From a virus (taxonomy: Duplodnaviria; Caudoviricetes), in IMG/VR virus record IMGVR_UViG_2728369562_000003, positions 1 to 64,000 of that record: a DNA stretch of 64,000 nucleotides, one strand, 5' to 3'. Below are positions 11,915 to 22,060 of this stretch, one piece after another. The notes below the pieces were generated by a model, which worked only from the letters and a program-made list of their open reading frames with translations, searched no databases and had not been told where the DNA came from. The translations under genes and the position numbers were made by a program. The stretch's first letter is position 1; each line of letters begins with the position of its first letter.

Positions 11915-12094
11915 TTAAGAAGTATGACCTCTACTAGCAATTTCATATGAATGACCATCAGTAAAGTATCCAATACTGGCTGTATGTCCTCTACGAGCTT
12001 CTTGGACATCTTTTTGAGTGTTAGTTAAATAAAAGCTGACAAATCCAATTAAAACAATGGCTAAAATAAAGACAGATGCATGCTTAAGTTTCAT
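11915..12094 (-). CDS. phr: Phr quorum-sensing pre-peptide with two related mature motifs (RRGHTA, SRGHTS)
   Basis: Signal peptide MKLKHASVFILAIVLIGFV; overlaps the rap 3' end; duplicated RGHT core. Confidence 0.88.
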   Translation of the reverse strand: MKLKHASVFILAIVLIGFVSFYLTNTQKDVQEARRGHTASIGYFTDGHSYEIASRGHTS

Positions 12095-13223
12095 AAAGAC
12101 AATCCCCTCTCTGAATTTGTTTACGGGCATAAAGCACTTTCTCATAATAAGCAACAGCCACTTTATGGTCTTCTTTTTCATTGTAATACTTCGCTGCATC
12201 TGATGCTAAATCCTCCACGTCTGAAAACATTGACTTTAATTCTAAATAATTTAGAATCGAATTTAATTTTCCTTTGTCGTTATCTACATATAGGGCATGA
12301 ATGAATTCAAACATTTTGGCCATGATCTCATCGTTTAAATCTTCGGACAAAGACAGACCATGTGCACACCAAGAAATTCCCTCGGGTTGATTTCTCATTT
12401 TAAATGTGGTTTTTGTCAACATAAGTAATATGTCTAATAAACGATTTGAGTGCTCATACCCATTATCCTGGTATACTCTAATACCCTCCTTAAAGTACTC
12501 AGCTGCCTTTTCATAGGCTTCCTCAGCAAATGAACATAAGCCAAGATTGTACAGAGATGATCCGATTAATCGTGACATATCGATTTCTCTTGCTTTGTCT
12601 AGAGCATCCTTAAAATGAGGGATCGCTTTTTCAGGGAAGTCCATATCCAAATAGTTTAGACCGATGACAAATGAGCATTGAATAACTCTTACAGTGTAGT
12701 TTTCATGTGCTTTATAACTATCGATTGCTTGAACAATGTGATGCATCGACATATGAGTTTGCTTCATATGATAATAAATTTCTGCAACTTTGTAGTGGAA
12801 TTCTGCTCGTTCAATCTCATCTGCAACAAGTGATAATTTTCTCTCGGCTTGCTTATAGAAGCTTATGGCATTAAGATATTCGTATTGTTCAAATTCATAC
12901 ATTCCACGAAAAAAGTTAAAATAATATTCAAGAATCCCTTTCAAATCAGTTTGGCTACTTTCGATCTTTTCTAATAAGTCTGAAATTTTAGGTCGTTCTT
13001 CGTTCATTGTTTTTGGTTCAAGGTAATCCAGCATTAATTGATGGCGAAAACACATGAGAGAATAGTACAGCAATAAATCTTGGTCTTCCTTCATATGCCT
13101 TATTTCTTCCTCGATTTCAGCTTTCAATATTTCCGAATCTGGGACACTAAATAATCTTATGTATTTATACCACTCATTTATTTTCACTCCAACTTTAGAA
13201 GAAGAGATCATCTGCTCCAACAC
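12084..13223 (-). CDS. rap: Rap-family TPR aspartate phosphatase/receptor
   Basis: SSKVGVKINEWY, LLYYSLMCFRHQLMLDY motifs and TPR repeats. Confidence 0.93.
   Translation of the reverse strand: MLEQMISSSKVGVKINEWYKYIRLFSVPDSEILKAEIEEEIRHMKEDQDLLLYYSLMCFRHQLMLDYLEPKTMNEERPKISDLLEKIESSQTDLKGILEYYFNFFRGMYEFEQYEYLNAISFYKQAERKLSLVADEIERAEFHYKVAEIYYHMKQTHMSMHHIVQAIDSYKAHENYTVRVIQCSFVIGLNYLDMDFPEKAIPHFKDALDKAREIDMSRLIGSSLYNLGLCSFAEEAYEKAAEYFKEGIRVYQDNGYEHSNRLLDILLMLTKTTFKMRNQPEGISWCAHGLSLSEDLNDEIMAKMFEFIHALYVDNDKGKLNSILNYLELKSMFSDVEDLASDAAKYYNEKEDHKVAVAYYEKVLYARKQIQRGDCLYET
12189..12214 (-). promoter_or_regulatory. Possible internal sigmaH promoter for phr
   Basis: AGGA-N18-GAAG within the rap 3' end, the usual location of phr sigmaH promoters; one mismatch. 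Confidence 0.4.
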
Positions 13224-13346
13224 AAGCCCTCCTATATTAAATATCTAAATATGTAATATTTTATCATATTTAAATGAATAAGGAAGATTAATATTATCTT
13301 AAAAAACGAAAAAAATCCCCTCCTCAATTAAGAGAAGGGTAGGGGT

Positions 13347-13598
13347 TTATCTCGGTGAATCATAATCCATTGCTTGTTCACTATCAGAAATACCTTGAGT
13401 AGTTGGATCAACAATAATGCCCATTGCTGATAAAAAAGTTAGAAGAGCATTAAATTTTTCTGTTAAATCGTCACCAAATACAGTCAAGTCATATCCAAAA
13501 GCAGAGGCAATTGCTTGTACGAATAACAGCGTTGCAGAGAAAATTGCGACAAGAAATGTTTTCTTTTTCAGTCTTACTTTCCAGTTGATTTTGGTCAT
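13347..13598 (-). CDS. Holin, phi-LC3 family
   Basis: INWKVRLK..GIIVDPTTQGISDS signature. Confidence 0.88.
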   Translation of the reverse strand: MTKINWKVRLKKKTFLVAIFSATLLFVQAIASAFGYDLTVFGDDLTEKFNALLTFLSAMGIIVDPTTQGISDSEQAMDYDSPR

Positions 13599-13618
13599 TT
13601 AATCGTCTCCTGTTAATT

Positions 13619-14011
13619 TTATTTAAGGCCAAAATGTATGAGCAACCATGCACCGATAATAGTGGCAATTACACTTGGCAGCACCTTGAATACAAGGTCT
13701 TTTGTAAATTGTGAGGGATCAATTTTGCGAGTAGAATCAGAACGTTCCAATATTTCAACTCGATTGTCCAGTTTTTCATACGATTTGCTTAGATTTTTTA
13801 AACTGTTGCTCATTTCGTTAAGAGTACTGAACTGTTCTCTTGATTGTGCTTGAGAGTCTTTATTAATTTCGACTTGTTGCTCAACAAGCGTAGCTATACG
13901 ACCGATAACATTTGTTCTTTCTTCAAGAGAATCAATCTTGTTATTAGTGTGTTTTGCTTTTTCTTCTAGTGCACTTAATCTTGAAATGGTGCTTTGCTCA
14001 AAGTTATCCAT
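13619..14011 (-). CDS. Coiled-coil protein with C-terminal TM; XhlA/BhlA-like lysis accessory
   Basis: Position between endolysin and holin; domain layout. Confidence 0.6.
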   Translation of the reverse strand: MDNFEQSTISRLSALEEKAKHTNNKIDSLEERTNVIGRIATLVEQQVEINKDSQAQSREQFSTLNEMSNSLKNLSKSYEKLDNRVEILERSDSTRKIDPSQFTKDLVFKVLPSVIATIIGAWLLIHFGLK

Positions 14012-14126
14012 TTGTCACCAACCTTTAATGAATATAGAAAGGTGACATTACATCACCTCCTAAAATTTAGAGGATAGTCACTGATACATTAGATCAACAA
14101 ATACCCTCCGAGATAATTGAATATAA

Positions 14127-15182
14127 TTAGATTTTTGAACCGAACTGTCCTGAGATGTATCCGCGTTTACCGTTATAAATAACTTCCCAGTAACCTTTGG
14201 AATTGTTTTTACCTTTAACTGAACCAGAAATTGAAATAGTGCTTCCAAGCTTGACTGTGCCAATATTTTTTGAACTATTTCGATCAGGTTTGTCCATTAC
14301 GATTGCTGCGCTTGATACACCAACAATTTTGATTTTTCCCACGGATTTAATAGATGAGGAGTTTGAAGAAGTTGATGCTGTTTTTGGGGCAGAGGAAGAG
14401 GTTTTAATTGATCCTGTAACATCAACATATTTATCAGAAGCAGTGATGTAATATGTAGCGCCTTTAGAGTTCTTAACTTTGTATTGATACGCAGTGCCAA
14501 CTTTAACTTTTTCAACAACTGTAGGGAATCCAATGCCTTTGTTTACTGTACCGACAACATCTTTATTTTCCCAAGATGGTTTTGAGTAGAAACGAAGACC
14601 GTCAACTTTTGATTTGAGGGAACCATTTGCTGCTGAAGAAGGGGAAGGAGAGGATGATGTTGGATTAGTTGAAGTAGTTGATTTGCCACCGAGAGATTTT
14701 AATTCAGCGGCAATTGCAGCTTTAACTTCATTCCAACGACCTTCATCTAAAACACGGTGAGGACAATATTTTCCAGACCACTCTTGGTGCTTCTTAACTC
14801 GCTCAACTCCCCAGCCACGTTCTTTGAGTAGTTGTGCAATGAACTTGATTGCCAGTGCTTCTGCTTTTCTATAACGTTCTCCACCTGATTTAGAGTAACA
14901 AACTTCCACACCAATTGACTTGCGGTTTCCTGTGCCATGTTCTCCATCACCGCAGTGCCATGCATTCCGATTTGTAGGAAGTCCTTGAACAACTTCTTTA
15001 TCATCTACAGCGAAATGATATGATACTGTTGCGTTATTATTTCTCATATAGCTAATTTCATTATTTGCTGATGCATCATTGGCCGTATTATGGAATGTGA
15101 TATATTCAGCTGTCATTGCATAAGGACATTTAATTGTATATTTGCTCGATGGTACCAGCATTTGTCTCGCTTGAATTGTCAT
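14127..15182 (-). CDS. blyA: Endolysin, N-acetylmuramoyl-L-alanine amidase (Amidase_2) with BlyA-type wall-binding domains
   Basis: HNTAN, AWHCGDG, KYCP motifs; AGGAGA RBS before ATG 15182. Confidence 0.85.
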   Translation of the reverse strand: MTIQARQMLVPSSKYTIKCPYAMTAEYITFHNTANDASANNEISYMRNNNATVSYHFAVDDKEVVQGLPTNRNAWHCGDGEHGTGNRKSIGVEVCYSKSGGERYRKAEALAIKFIAQLLKERGWGVERVKKHQEWSGKYCPHRVLDEGRWNEVKAAIAAELKSLGGKSTTSTNPTSSSPSPSSAANGSLKSKVDGLRFYSKPSWENKDVVGTVNKGIGFPTVVEKVKVGTAYQYKVKNSKGATYYITASDKYVDVTGSIKTSSSAPKTASTSSNSSSIKSVGKIKIVGVSSAAIVMDKPDRNSSKNIGTVKLGSTISISGSVKGKNNSKGYWEVIYNGKRGYISGQFGSKI

Positions 15183-15415
15183 AAAAACATCTCTCCTAAT
15201 AATTAAATTTGAGCACAAAAAAGAGAGGAGGGGACTAAAGCCAATCTCTCTCTTTATCTCACGTATGCTCTTGTTATCTCTGTCTTTCAAGTATGTATTT
15301 TGAATAAAATCTATATTTTATCTAGAACTTAACCACCTCCTTAAAAATACGCAAAATAAAAACACCTATTGGTTACAGGTGAAATCCTTAAAAATTTTCC
15401 AATTGTTTTTTCATG

Positions 15416-15565
15416 TTATTGAGTAGGGTAATCCTTTCCTGTAATTTCTTTGTATTGCTCTTCCGTTATCCATTTTATCAAAACATATTCCTTAATTTTT
15501 TCATCAGTATAGCATTTCCACTCATAAAACTGTCTGATGTCAGCTACTTCTGGGTATCGTGCCAT
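15416..15565 (-). CDS. XkdX-family small tail protein (49 aa)
   Basis: Translated by hand: ..WITEEQYKEITGKDY signature. Confidence 0.85.
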   Translation of the reverse strand: MARYPEVADIRQFYEWKCYTDEKIKEYVLIKWITEEQYKEITGKDYPTQ

Positions 15566-15955
15566 TTAATATGCTCCCTTCAATTCTTCAATTTGTTTTT
15601 GCATCTGCGCAATGACAAAAGCCTGCTCTGATTCCCTTATGCGTCTTTCCTCATTTTCCTTCTCTGTCTTAGCGATCTGTAAAGAAAGTGCTGCATTTTG
15701 CTGTTTCAAAAGGTCAACAACAGAAATTTCATCTCCAGCAGAACTTAAAACTGCATCAATCTCTTCTTGTGTAGCTGATTCAATCCATTCCTGCTTCTCG
15801 GTATCAAACTTTGCTTTGAACAAAGAAGGTGAATCAGGCAAAGGGATTGTCGTGCAATCGGATGGGATGACATAGTTGCCTTCTTCATCCTTTTGAGATA
15901 TGAGCACAGGCTCAGTAAACATAAAACTTTCATCATATTTATAAACTTGTATCAA
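15566..15955 (-). CDS. Tail fibre assembly/chaperone-like protein (XkdW/YomQ-like)
   Basis: Lies between the fibre gene and xkdX; IPSDCTTIPLP..KAKFD..WIE pattern. Confidence 0.6.
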   Translation of the reverse strand: MIQVYKYDESFMFTEPVLISQKDEEGNYVIPSDCTTIPLPDSPSLFKAKFDTEKQEWIESATQEEIDAVLSSAGDEISVVDLLKQQNAALSLQIAKTEKENEERRIRESEQAFVIAQMQKQIEELKGAY

Positions 15956-15967
15956 ATTTTAACCTCC

Positions 15968-17755
15968 TTAATTCAATGGGAAGCTTGTGTTCACGTATGT
16001 ATAAGTAACGTTTTCTCGACCATTAGCTACTAATCCCATTGCTTCCATTTCACCATTACTTCTAATTCCAATTTTCCTTGTTCCAGTAGTCCCAGCAACC
16101 TCATATGCTGCATAATGACTACGCTTTGGTCTTGCTCCAGATGGTAAAATTGCAAAAATAACACCGTCCGTTAAAGGGATTGTTACTTTTCCCCGAATAT
16201 GAATCAGACCACCATTTATAGCAAATTGTAATTTATCACCTGAATCTGGGTTTGAAGCGCCATTCATCAAAGCGAGATCATTCCAATCAAGACTCTGACT
16301 GCTCATAATTTCTACCCAATCACCACTTACTCCATTGTTCGTTACAACACGGGTATATATTTTAATATCCCGTCCTGTTGAGTTTCTTTTTAAAGTTTGT
16401 ACAACTGTGCCATGAGGATCAGCAGGTTCAATTTGCAACCACCAACCGGCATCCCCAGGGCTTGGATGGTCTTTGTAATTAACTGTGTCTACTGTGTACA
16501 TATAATAAGAACCAACTTTTCGAAAGTCCTTTAAATTACTTAAACCTTCTGGAAGACCATTAGCATTACCATTGTTTCTGGTAAGTGCATAACCTTGATA
16601 TCCTTGTGAAAGATTTGCTGTAAATTTAGTAGCATTTTCTTTGGAATGGTAGGCATATATCTTATTGATCCTTTTCCCAACTGCACCCGTTACAACTCCT
16701 GCAAATAAAGACTTCTTACCGGTGTTTGGATCTTTGTATAAAAAGACTGCTTCTGGCTCTCTAAAACTATCTTCATATTTTCCAGTGGGGCCATAACCAA
16801 AATCACAAGAGATGCGCTTTTTTAACTTGCCATCTATAAAACTGAATAAAGTTAATTCACACGGATAGGTCTGGTTGTTTGTATCGCCTGTATACCAATA
16901 CAAATCGTATCCATCAATTGCAAGACCTTGGAGATATGAAAGGTCACTTGGAATCGTGACTTTACCTAGAACTTTATTTACTCCGTTTTTTACATCACTC
17001 AGTTTTCGGAGTTCCACTACACTGTTGCCATCCGAAAGCTTTATGCGGAAAGCCATAAGGCCGTTCTCTCTATCAATAACAGGAATAGTGTAATAATTAT
17101 TAAATTTGTTAAATCGCTTGATGTAACTACTGTCTTGAGTCAATGTTGCACCTGCTACATAAGGGAAACGTACTAATTCATTTCCAACAGTATTGCCGTT
17201 TGAGTCTACTACATCGTAATTAGACCAGATATATACTTTGCTACCTTCTCTTTCTAACCCTATGGTAGTTCCATGTCCGCCATGAACAAGCGTCATGCTG
17301 TCCAGCATAACGCCGTTCTGGTTCATACGTGTAATAGTGAAACTCTCGCTTTTATCTTGATTGACATAGGCAACTTGAGTTCCGTAAATGTCCTCATTCA
17401 ATTCATCAATGACAAAACACTGTAAGACAGAAGTATTAGCTAAATTTAAAGTCGTGTGATAGGCAGGGGATATTGTTGTAAAATCAAAAGTTGTTTCTGT
17501 CTTATAAAACTCATCAAAATCTTTTCTAACCGAACTTAAATTTGAACTAACTGAAGACAATTTATTTGAAATTTCATTGAAGTTGTTTGTAACTGAGGTT
17601 AAATCAGATTTAATTGAAGTAAAATTATTTACTATTTCATCAGCTGTGACTCTATTAGTTTGGGATTTAACTGCCATAGAATCAACGGGTATCCATTGTT
17701 TGGTTTCTTCATCATAATAGCCCATTGTATTTACTGGGATTAGGTTGTCACTCAA
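15968..17755 (-). CDS. Receptor-binding protein with TagC/P68-RBP-like beta-propeller
   Basis: VLQCF..MLDSMTLVHGGHGTTIG..YLQG..REPEAV motifs; C-terminal fibre knob domains. Confidence 0.7.
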   Translation of the reverse strand: MSDNLIPVNTMGYYDEETKQWIPVDSMAVKSQTNRVTADEIVNNFTSIKSDLTSVTNNFNEISNKLSSVSSNLSSVRKDFDEFYKTETTFDFTTISPAYHTTLNLANTSVLQCFVIDELNEDIYGTQVAYVNQDKSESFTITRMNQNGVMLDSMTLVHGGHGTTIGLEREGSKVYIWSNYDVVDSNGNTVGNELVRFPYVAGATLTQDSSYIKRFNKFNNYYTIPVIDRENGLMAFRIKLSDGNSVVELRKLSDVKNGVNKVLGKVTIPSDLSYLQGLAIDGYDLYWYTGDTNNQTYPCELTLFSFIDGKLKKRISCDFGYGPTGKYEDSFREPEAVFLYKDPNTGKKSLFAGVVTGAVGKRINKIYAYHSKENATKFTANLSQGYQGYALTRNNGNANGLPEGLSNLKDFRKVGSYYMYTVDTVNYKDHPSPGDAGWWLQIEPADPHGTVVQTLKRNSTGRDIKIYTRVVTNNGVSGDWVEIMSSQSLDWNDLALMNGASNPDSGDKLQFAINGGLIHIRGKVTIPLTDGVIFAILPSGARPKRSHYAAYEVAGTTGTRKIGIRSNGEMEAMGLVANGRENVTYTYVNTSFPLN

Positions 17756-17767
17756 TTATTTTCCTCC

Positions 17768-18586
17768 TTATCCTTTTCTTATCCAAATCATGCTGCTATC
17801 AGGGACATCCTTAGAGGGTTTGACTCTTTTTTTGCTAGGTGAGCTATTTATTCTAAGCCATATTGTTCGAATATTGTAAGGTTCAACATAACTTGAAACA
17901 ACGTTATAACCATCGAATTGATCTGAAATACTAATACTAATCCAATCAAAACCATCCCAACGATATTCAATACCGGTTTCTCGAACAGTAACAACCCATC
18001 CAATTTGAGGATTTGGGTAAGTGTCCATTAGATCTTGATATGTATAAACCATAGGCAAATATATTCTTCTAGTGTTCTCAACTACATACTCGTAATCAGA
18101 AGTTGCTTGTCTACACCAGTTTGTTATTTCGATGCATCGTTTTGTTATTCGTTCACATTCGGCAATTCGCTCATTCATCCGTATTATTGCATCTTCAGCA
18201 TCATCAATAAGTCCTTGGAGAGTCTCTACAACCATGTTACCTTGACGTTTAATCCAAATTCGAGAGGCGGGGAAGAAGGCAGCGCCTTCACCACTATAAT
18301 TAAAGGTGAGTGATTTTCCTTCATTTGAAGCATTAAAAAAGACAACTCCCATAAGGTAATCAACCTTAAAATAATTGTCTTCAAGTTCACCATCTTCAAT
18401 TTCTCGCCATTCCTTCTTATCTCCAATAACTTCCACACGAAACTCTCTGTTAGGAATCTCAGTTAGGAGTGCTCTTCCGTTGTGTACAGTTAATGTCTCG
18501 CTATAAGTTAGATACGGGTCTTCAACAGAACCTATTCTCTTTTTACTTAAAATTGGGTCATTATATAATTCAGCAAAATCAGCCAG
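17768..18586 (-). CDS. yomF: Tail/baseplate protein YomF (probable CTG start)
   Basis: Frame is open 50 codons upstream of the called start, to GGAGGTGA-TTTAA-CTG. Confidence 0.75.
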   Translation of the reverse strand: MADFAELYNDPILSKKRIGSVEDPYLTYSETLTVHNGRALLTEIPNREFRVEVIGDKKEWREIEDGELEDNYFKVDYLMGVVFFNASNEGKSLTFNYSGEGAAFFPASRIWIKRQGNMVVETLQGLIDDAEDAIIRMNERIAECERITKRCIEITNWCRQATSDYEYVVENTRRIYLPMVYTYQDLMDTYPNPQIGWVVTVRETGIEYRWDGFDWISISISDQFDGYNVVSSYVEPYNIRTIWLRINSSPSKKRVKPSKDVPDSSMIWIRKG

Positions 18587-18600
18587 TTAAATCACCTCCA

Positions 18601-21243
18601 TTAATTTTGTTGGTAAGCTTCCCAGATATATTTAACGTTTAATTTATTTCCTCTGCAGTTACTATCTGAGCCTGTGGTAAAAAGGTTGTTTCCCAAAGCA
18701 CCATAGCTTAAATCTCCTCCAATAAGGGAAAGTCCAGTTGAAGTAACTTGATAGGCATAGCCCCCCAGTTGACTTTCAATTACTAGTTGACAGTCTTCAG
18801 GTGAAATCGGAGTTATTTTTACTAAATCGGGAGTAAAGGCAAGCGGAATTTGTTTACTTAAAGTGCCGTCTCCTGTATAAACGCCCTTAGCAAACTTGGG
18901 AGGAATGGGGATGTTTTCAGCTAATGCATAGTCAGACGCTGCTCGTCCACCTAACATCTCTGCATTTCCATCTATTGAGCCACTAATGACCCCTGATTGA
19001 TCACGTACTGGTATAGAGTTTGGTGAGGTGGTTAATGAAGCTGTAAAACCATTCAAAGAGTCTGCTGAACCAGCAGATGAGACAATCCATTCTTCTCCAT
19101 TAAACAGTTCTTGTTTATTATTCTTTGGATCAATCCAGATTGTCCCTGTCTCTGGATATTCTGGCTTAGCTTCTGTAGAGATTGTATAGAGACCATTAAC
19201 TTTTCCACTAAGGCTTCCTTTAACTTCAACAGAAGGAGAAGGGAGGTAGGGGTTTTCACAGGGATGACTTGATTTAACTATATCCGAAAGAAGAATCTGA
19301 TTTATATCTATATCTGCATCTACCCTTCGATATGCTTGAACACCAATAGTGTAGTACATATTTGAAGGTAATCCAGTAAAAGTGGCTGTACGCCTGTCAT
19401 ACTTAACATTTTGCAAGTTCTCACTAGCTTGCACAGACCCAAATGTGTACTCCTCATTGTCATCACTACCGTGCAAGTAAATCTCAAATCCATCGATGTT
19501 GTATTTGTCCTCATCGGAATCAACATAGTCCCACTGAATGGTAATATCAACTGACCCGTTATCATTTACCTTATGGGTAATTGCAGTGCCATCAGAAGCA
19601 ATAGCAGGGGAGGCCGGAGGCACTGAAATTCTGTCATTTCGAATATTAAAGTTTTCAGTTACTTTGTCCCATTCAATCTTTCTTTTATTTAATTCAGTAC
19701 TTATTTTGTTTGTTCTGTAAACGGTCTTTATGATTTTCTCAAAATCAGATTGAACTCTTTTTCCATTTGTAACTGTGACACTAATATTTGATTGTTCAAA
19801 ATCAATTGTTATTGCTGAAAGTATGGCTTTAATATCGGTATTTAAATCATTCTGTTGAACTCGTACTATGTCTCCTAAACTGAGCCTATCCCAGTTATGT
19901 TTTTCACTAAGACAGTTAAAAAAGTTCACTATATCTAGTGTTACATTTACTGGCGGTGTATTGCGACTTTCAAGTTCTTCATTAGCATCATCATAAAGTT
20001 CATTCTCGTCATAGATGCTGTCATTTGACCATTCAGTTGTTGAAATGAAACGTGAGAGCAGTTTTTGCTGATTTTCACTAAAATTGTTCTCAAAAGAAAG
20101 CTTTTTTTTAAGCTTGGAAATTGAAGCAGATATTTGAGAAATTGTTGATTCAATCGTAGCAATTTGGCTTTTCTTTTCTGCAACTGCTTTCTGCTTCACT
20201 GCAAGTTGAGCTTTTAGTTGACTTGTGTCATCGCCAGCTTTCTTCGCAACTTCAATTCGATCTAATAGCTTTTGTACTTCAAGATCGAGGGTGTAAAGCT
20301 CATTATTCAATTCGGTTAAACTAGTCTCAGCGTCGTTCTTTTGGGTGAGAAGTTTATTAAACGCATTTCCTTCGCTATTAACAAGGTCATTATAATCAAG
20401 AATTGCATGACAAAGTTCATCTGGCATATAGGCACTGTGGGAAATTACATTTCGTTGTTCGTCACGTTGAAAGGGGAAGAGGAAATAAGAAAAGTCATCA
20501 ATGTAGGATTGTCCAGTTGGATTCACTGAATTAATACTGATACCATCTTTTCCAGTAGCATATAGTCTTGTTATTAATTCATCTGCATCGTCCGAATCGT
20601 CCATGCTAATCATATATTGTCGGGGGTTAAGTTTAAGGCCTTTGTATTTGGAAATGTCAGATTCTTTATAGAAGCTTACAGTTTCTTTTACTGTATCAAA
20701 GACTGGAACTGCATCGAACTTCTCACAGATTGAATATAAAAAATCAAGCTTGTTAGTTGATGATACATCAAACTGTCTTCGTTTTATGTTAAAGAGAGTA
20801 TCTATGTATCCAACCGTCCAACTAGTATTCTTTAAACAGTCTGCAACTACTTCTTGGAGGTTTTTAGATGTCTCCTCATATTTAAGAACGCTTATTCTGC
20901 TCAATTCATGTTGAAGAGATCTGCACTCAACTTGTACAGTATCCATTTCACTGCTGAAAGACTTGGTTCTTTTAGTGATAATAAACCAAATCGTAAGCCC
21001 ATAGAACTCTGTTTTAATTAGGTACCAGGGTTTTAGTAAATCTACAACATGATTTCTTTTAATGACCCCATCATAGGTGGCCATAAGCGGAATAGAGAAG
21101 GAGAGTTCGTGAACACTGCTTCCATGATTTAAAGTTACAGTTGGATTCAGAACTTCATCAATGTTGGCTATTTTAGTCTTGTCTGGCTTAGCAAGGGATA
21201 AGCGTATGTTTTTTATTTCTGTATCCTTGTGAATAGTTATCAA
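18601..21243 (-). CDS. yomG: Tail spike/Tal-like baseplate protein YomG (prophage endopeptidase-tail, FN3-like)
   Basis: [20 protein letters not shown] motif; follows the Dit gene. Confidence 0.85.
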   Translation of the reverse strand: MITIHKDTEIKNIRLSLAKPDKTKIANIDEVLNPTVTLNHGSSVHELSFSIPLMATYDGVIKRNHVVDLLKPWYLIKTEFYGLTIWFIITKRTKSFSSEMDTVQVECRSLQHELSRISVLKYEETSKNLQEVVADCLKNTSWTVGYIDTLFNIKRRQFDVSSTNKLDFLYSICEKFDAVPVFDTVKETVSFYKESDISKYKGLKLNPRQYMISMDDSDDADELITRLYATGKDGISINSVNPTGQSYIDDFSYFLFPFQRDEQRNVISHSAYMPDELCHAILDYNDLVNSEGNAFNKLLTQKNDAETSLTELNNELYTLDLEVQKLLDRIEVAKKAGDDTSQLKAQLAVKQKAVAEKKSQIATIESTISQISASISKLKKKLSFENNFSENQQKLLSRFISTTEWSNDSIYDENELYDDANEELESRNTPPVNVTLDIVNFFNCLSEKHNWDRLSLGDIVRVQQNDLNTDIKAILSAITIDFEQSNISVTVTNGKRVQSDFEKIIKTVYRTNKISTELNKRKIEWDKVTENFNIRNDRISVPPASPAIASDGTAITHKVNDNGSVDITIQWDYVDSDEDKYNIDGFEIYLHGSDDNEEYTFGSVQASENLQNVKYDRRTATFTGLPSNMYYTIGVQAYRRVDADIDINQILLSDIVKSSHPCENPYLPSPSVEVKGSLSGKVNGLYTISTEAKPEYPETGTIWIDPKNNKQELFNGEEWIVSSAGSADSLNGFTASLTTSPNSIPVRDQSGVISGSIDGNAEMLGGRAASDYALAENIPIPPKFAKGVYTGDGTLSKQIPLAFTPDLVKITPISPEDCQLVIESQLGGYAYQVTSTGLSLIGGDLSYGALGNNLFTTGSDSNCRGNKLNVKYIWEAYQQN

Positions 21244-21255
21244 TTTTTCACCTTC

Positions 21256-22017
21256 TTATCGATACTTAAATCTGAAAGTGAATCTCAGTTTGCATTTTCC
21301 GGTCACTTTTAATCGGTTTTTTCCGTAATCCAATCTAATATAATTGTCATTAAAATCATCATATCTTTCATTCCCATATAAAGACGATTCAATAATTTCT
21401 TTGACGCCATTCACTTTAACAATTTCTCTGTCTTTTAGATTGCTGAATATAAAGGGTTCAGTATAATCACTTAGGTTCTCGATTTTTACATCACCATTGC
21501 CAATTTTAAGAACTTCAACAGTAGGATAAATCGCAACATCGCCTTTATTATGGAGTTCAATGATTTTCATTTCTGAAGATATATCAAAGGAATGGGTACT
21601 TGTGTTTCGACTGTATGCATAAGGGGAGTTGCATTTCATTGTTAAACGAACATATCCATGTCTTGCCGCATTATGGACTAAATCACTTGTATCCACAGGC
21701 ATTGCATAATATACAATGTCTAAATTTTCGCTGAACGCCAACGGCTTGTAATCATCAACATCTAGCCAACGCTTAATTGCTCTTATTTTTTTCTCATCAT
21801 AATTTTCACCAACATAAAAGTTTAAAGGGAATTGTTTTGATTCTCTTTTGACGCCTTCAGTGTACGGCTCTGATCTTCCTTTTACATAAGTTTCATTAAC
21901 TGATCGTGAACCTAAAAAGGATTCCTCAACTAACCCAGACTCTGTATTAACGTTTTCCACACCGTAGTCGATCGACTTTACGTTATCAAACATGAAATAT
22001 TGGCTCTGCCTAATCAA
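21256..22017 (-). CDS. yomH: Distal tail protein (Dit) YomH
   Basis: Follows the tape measure; CNSPYAYS and NKGDVAIYP Dit pattern. Confidence 0.85.
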   Translation of the reverse strand: MIRQSQYFMFDNVKSIDYGVENVNTESGLVEESFLGSRSVNETYVKGRSEPYTEGVKRESKQFPLNFYVGENYDEKKIRAIKRWLDVDDYKPLAFSENLDIVYYAMPVDTSDLVHNAARHGYVRLTMKCNSPYAYSRNTSTHSFDISSEMKIIELHNKGDVAIYPTVEVLKIGNGDVKIENLSDYTEPFIFSNLKDREIVKVNGVKEIIESSLYGNERYDDFNDNYIRLDYGKNRLKVTGKCKLRFTFRFKYR

Positions 22018-22060
22018 TTTTTCACCCCCAATATAAATAGAGCCGGCAATCTTAGCCGAC

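Noticed and set aside
11873-13346. Sublancin (sun) cluster expected by SPbeta synteny
   Set aside because: Not present; the slot holds rap-phr
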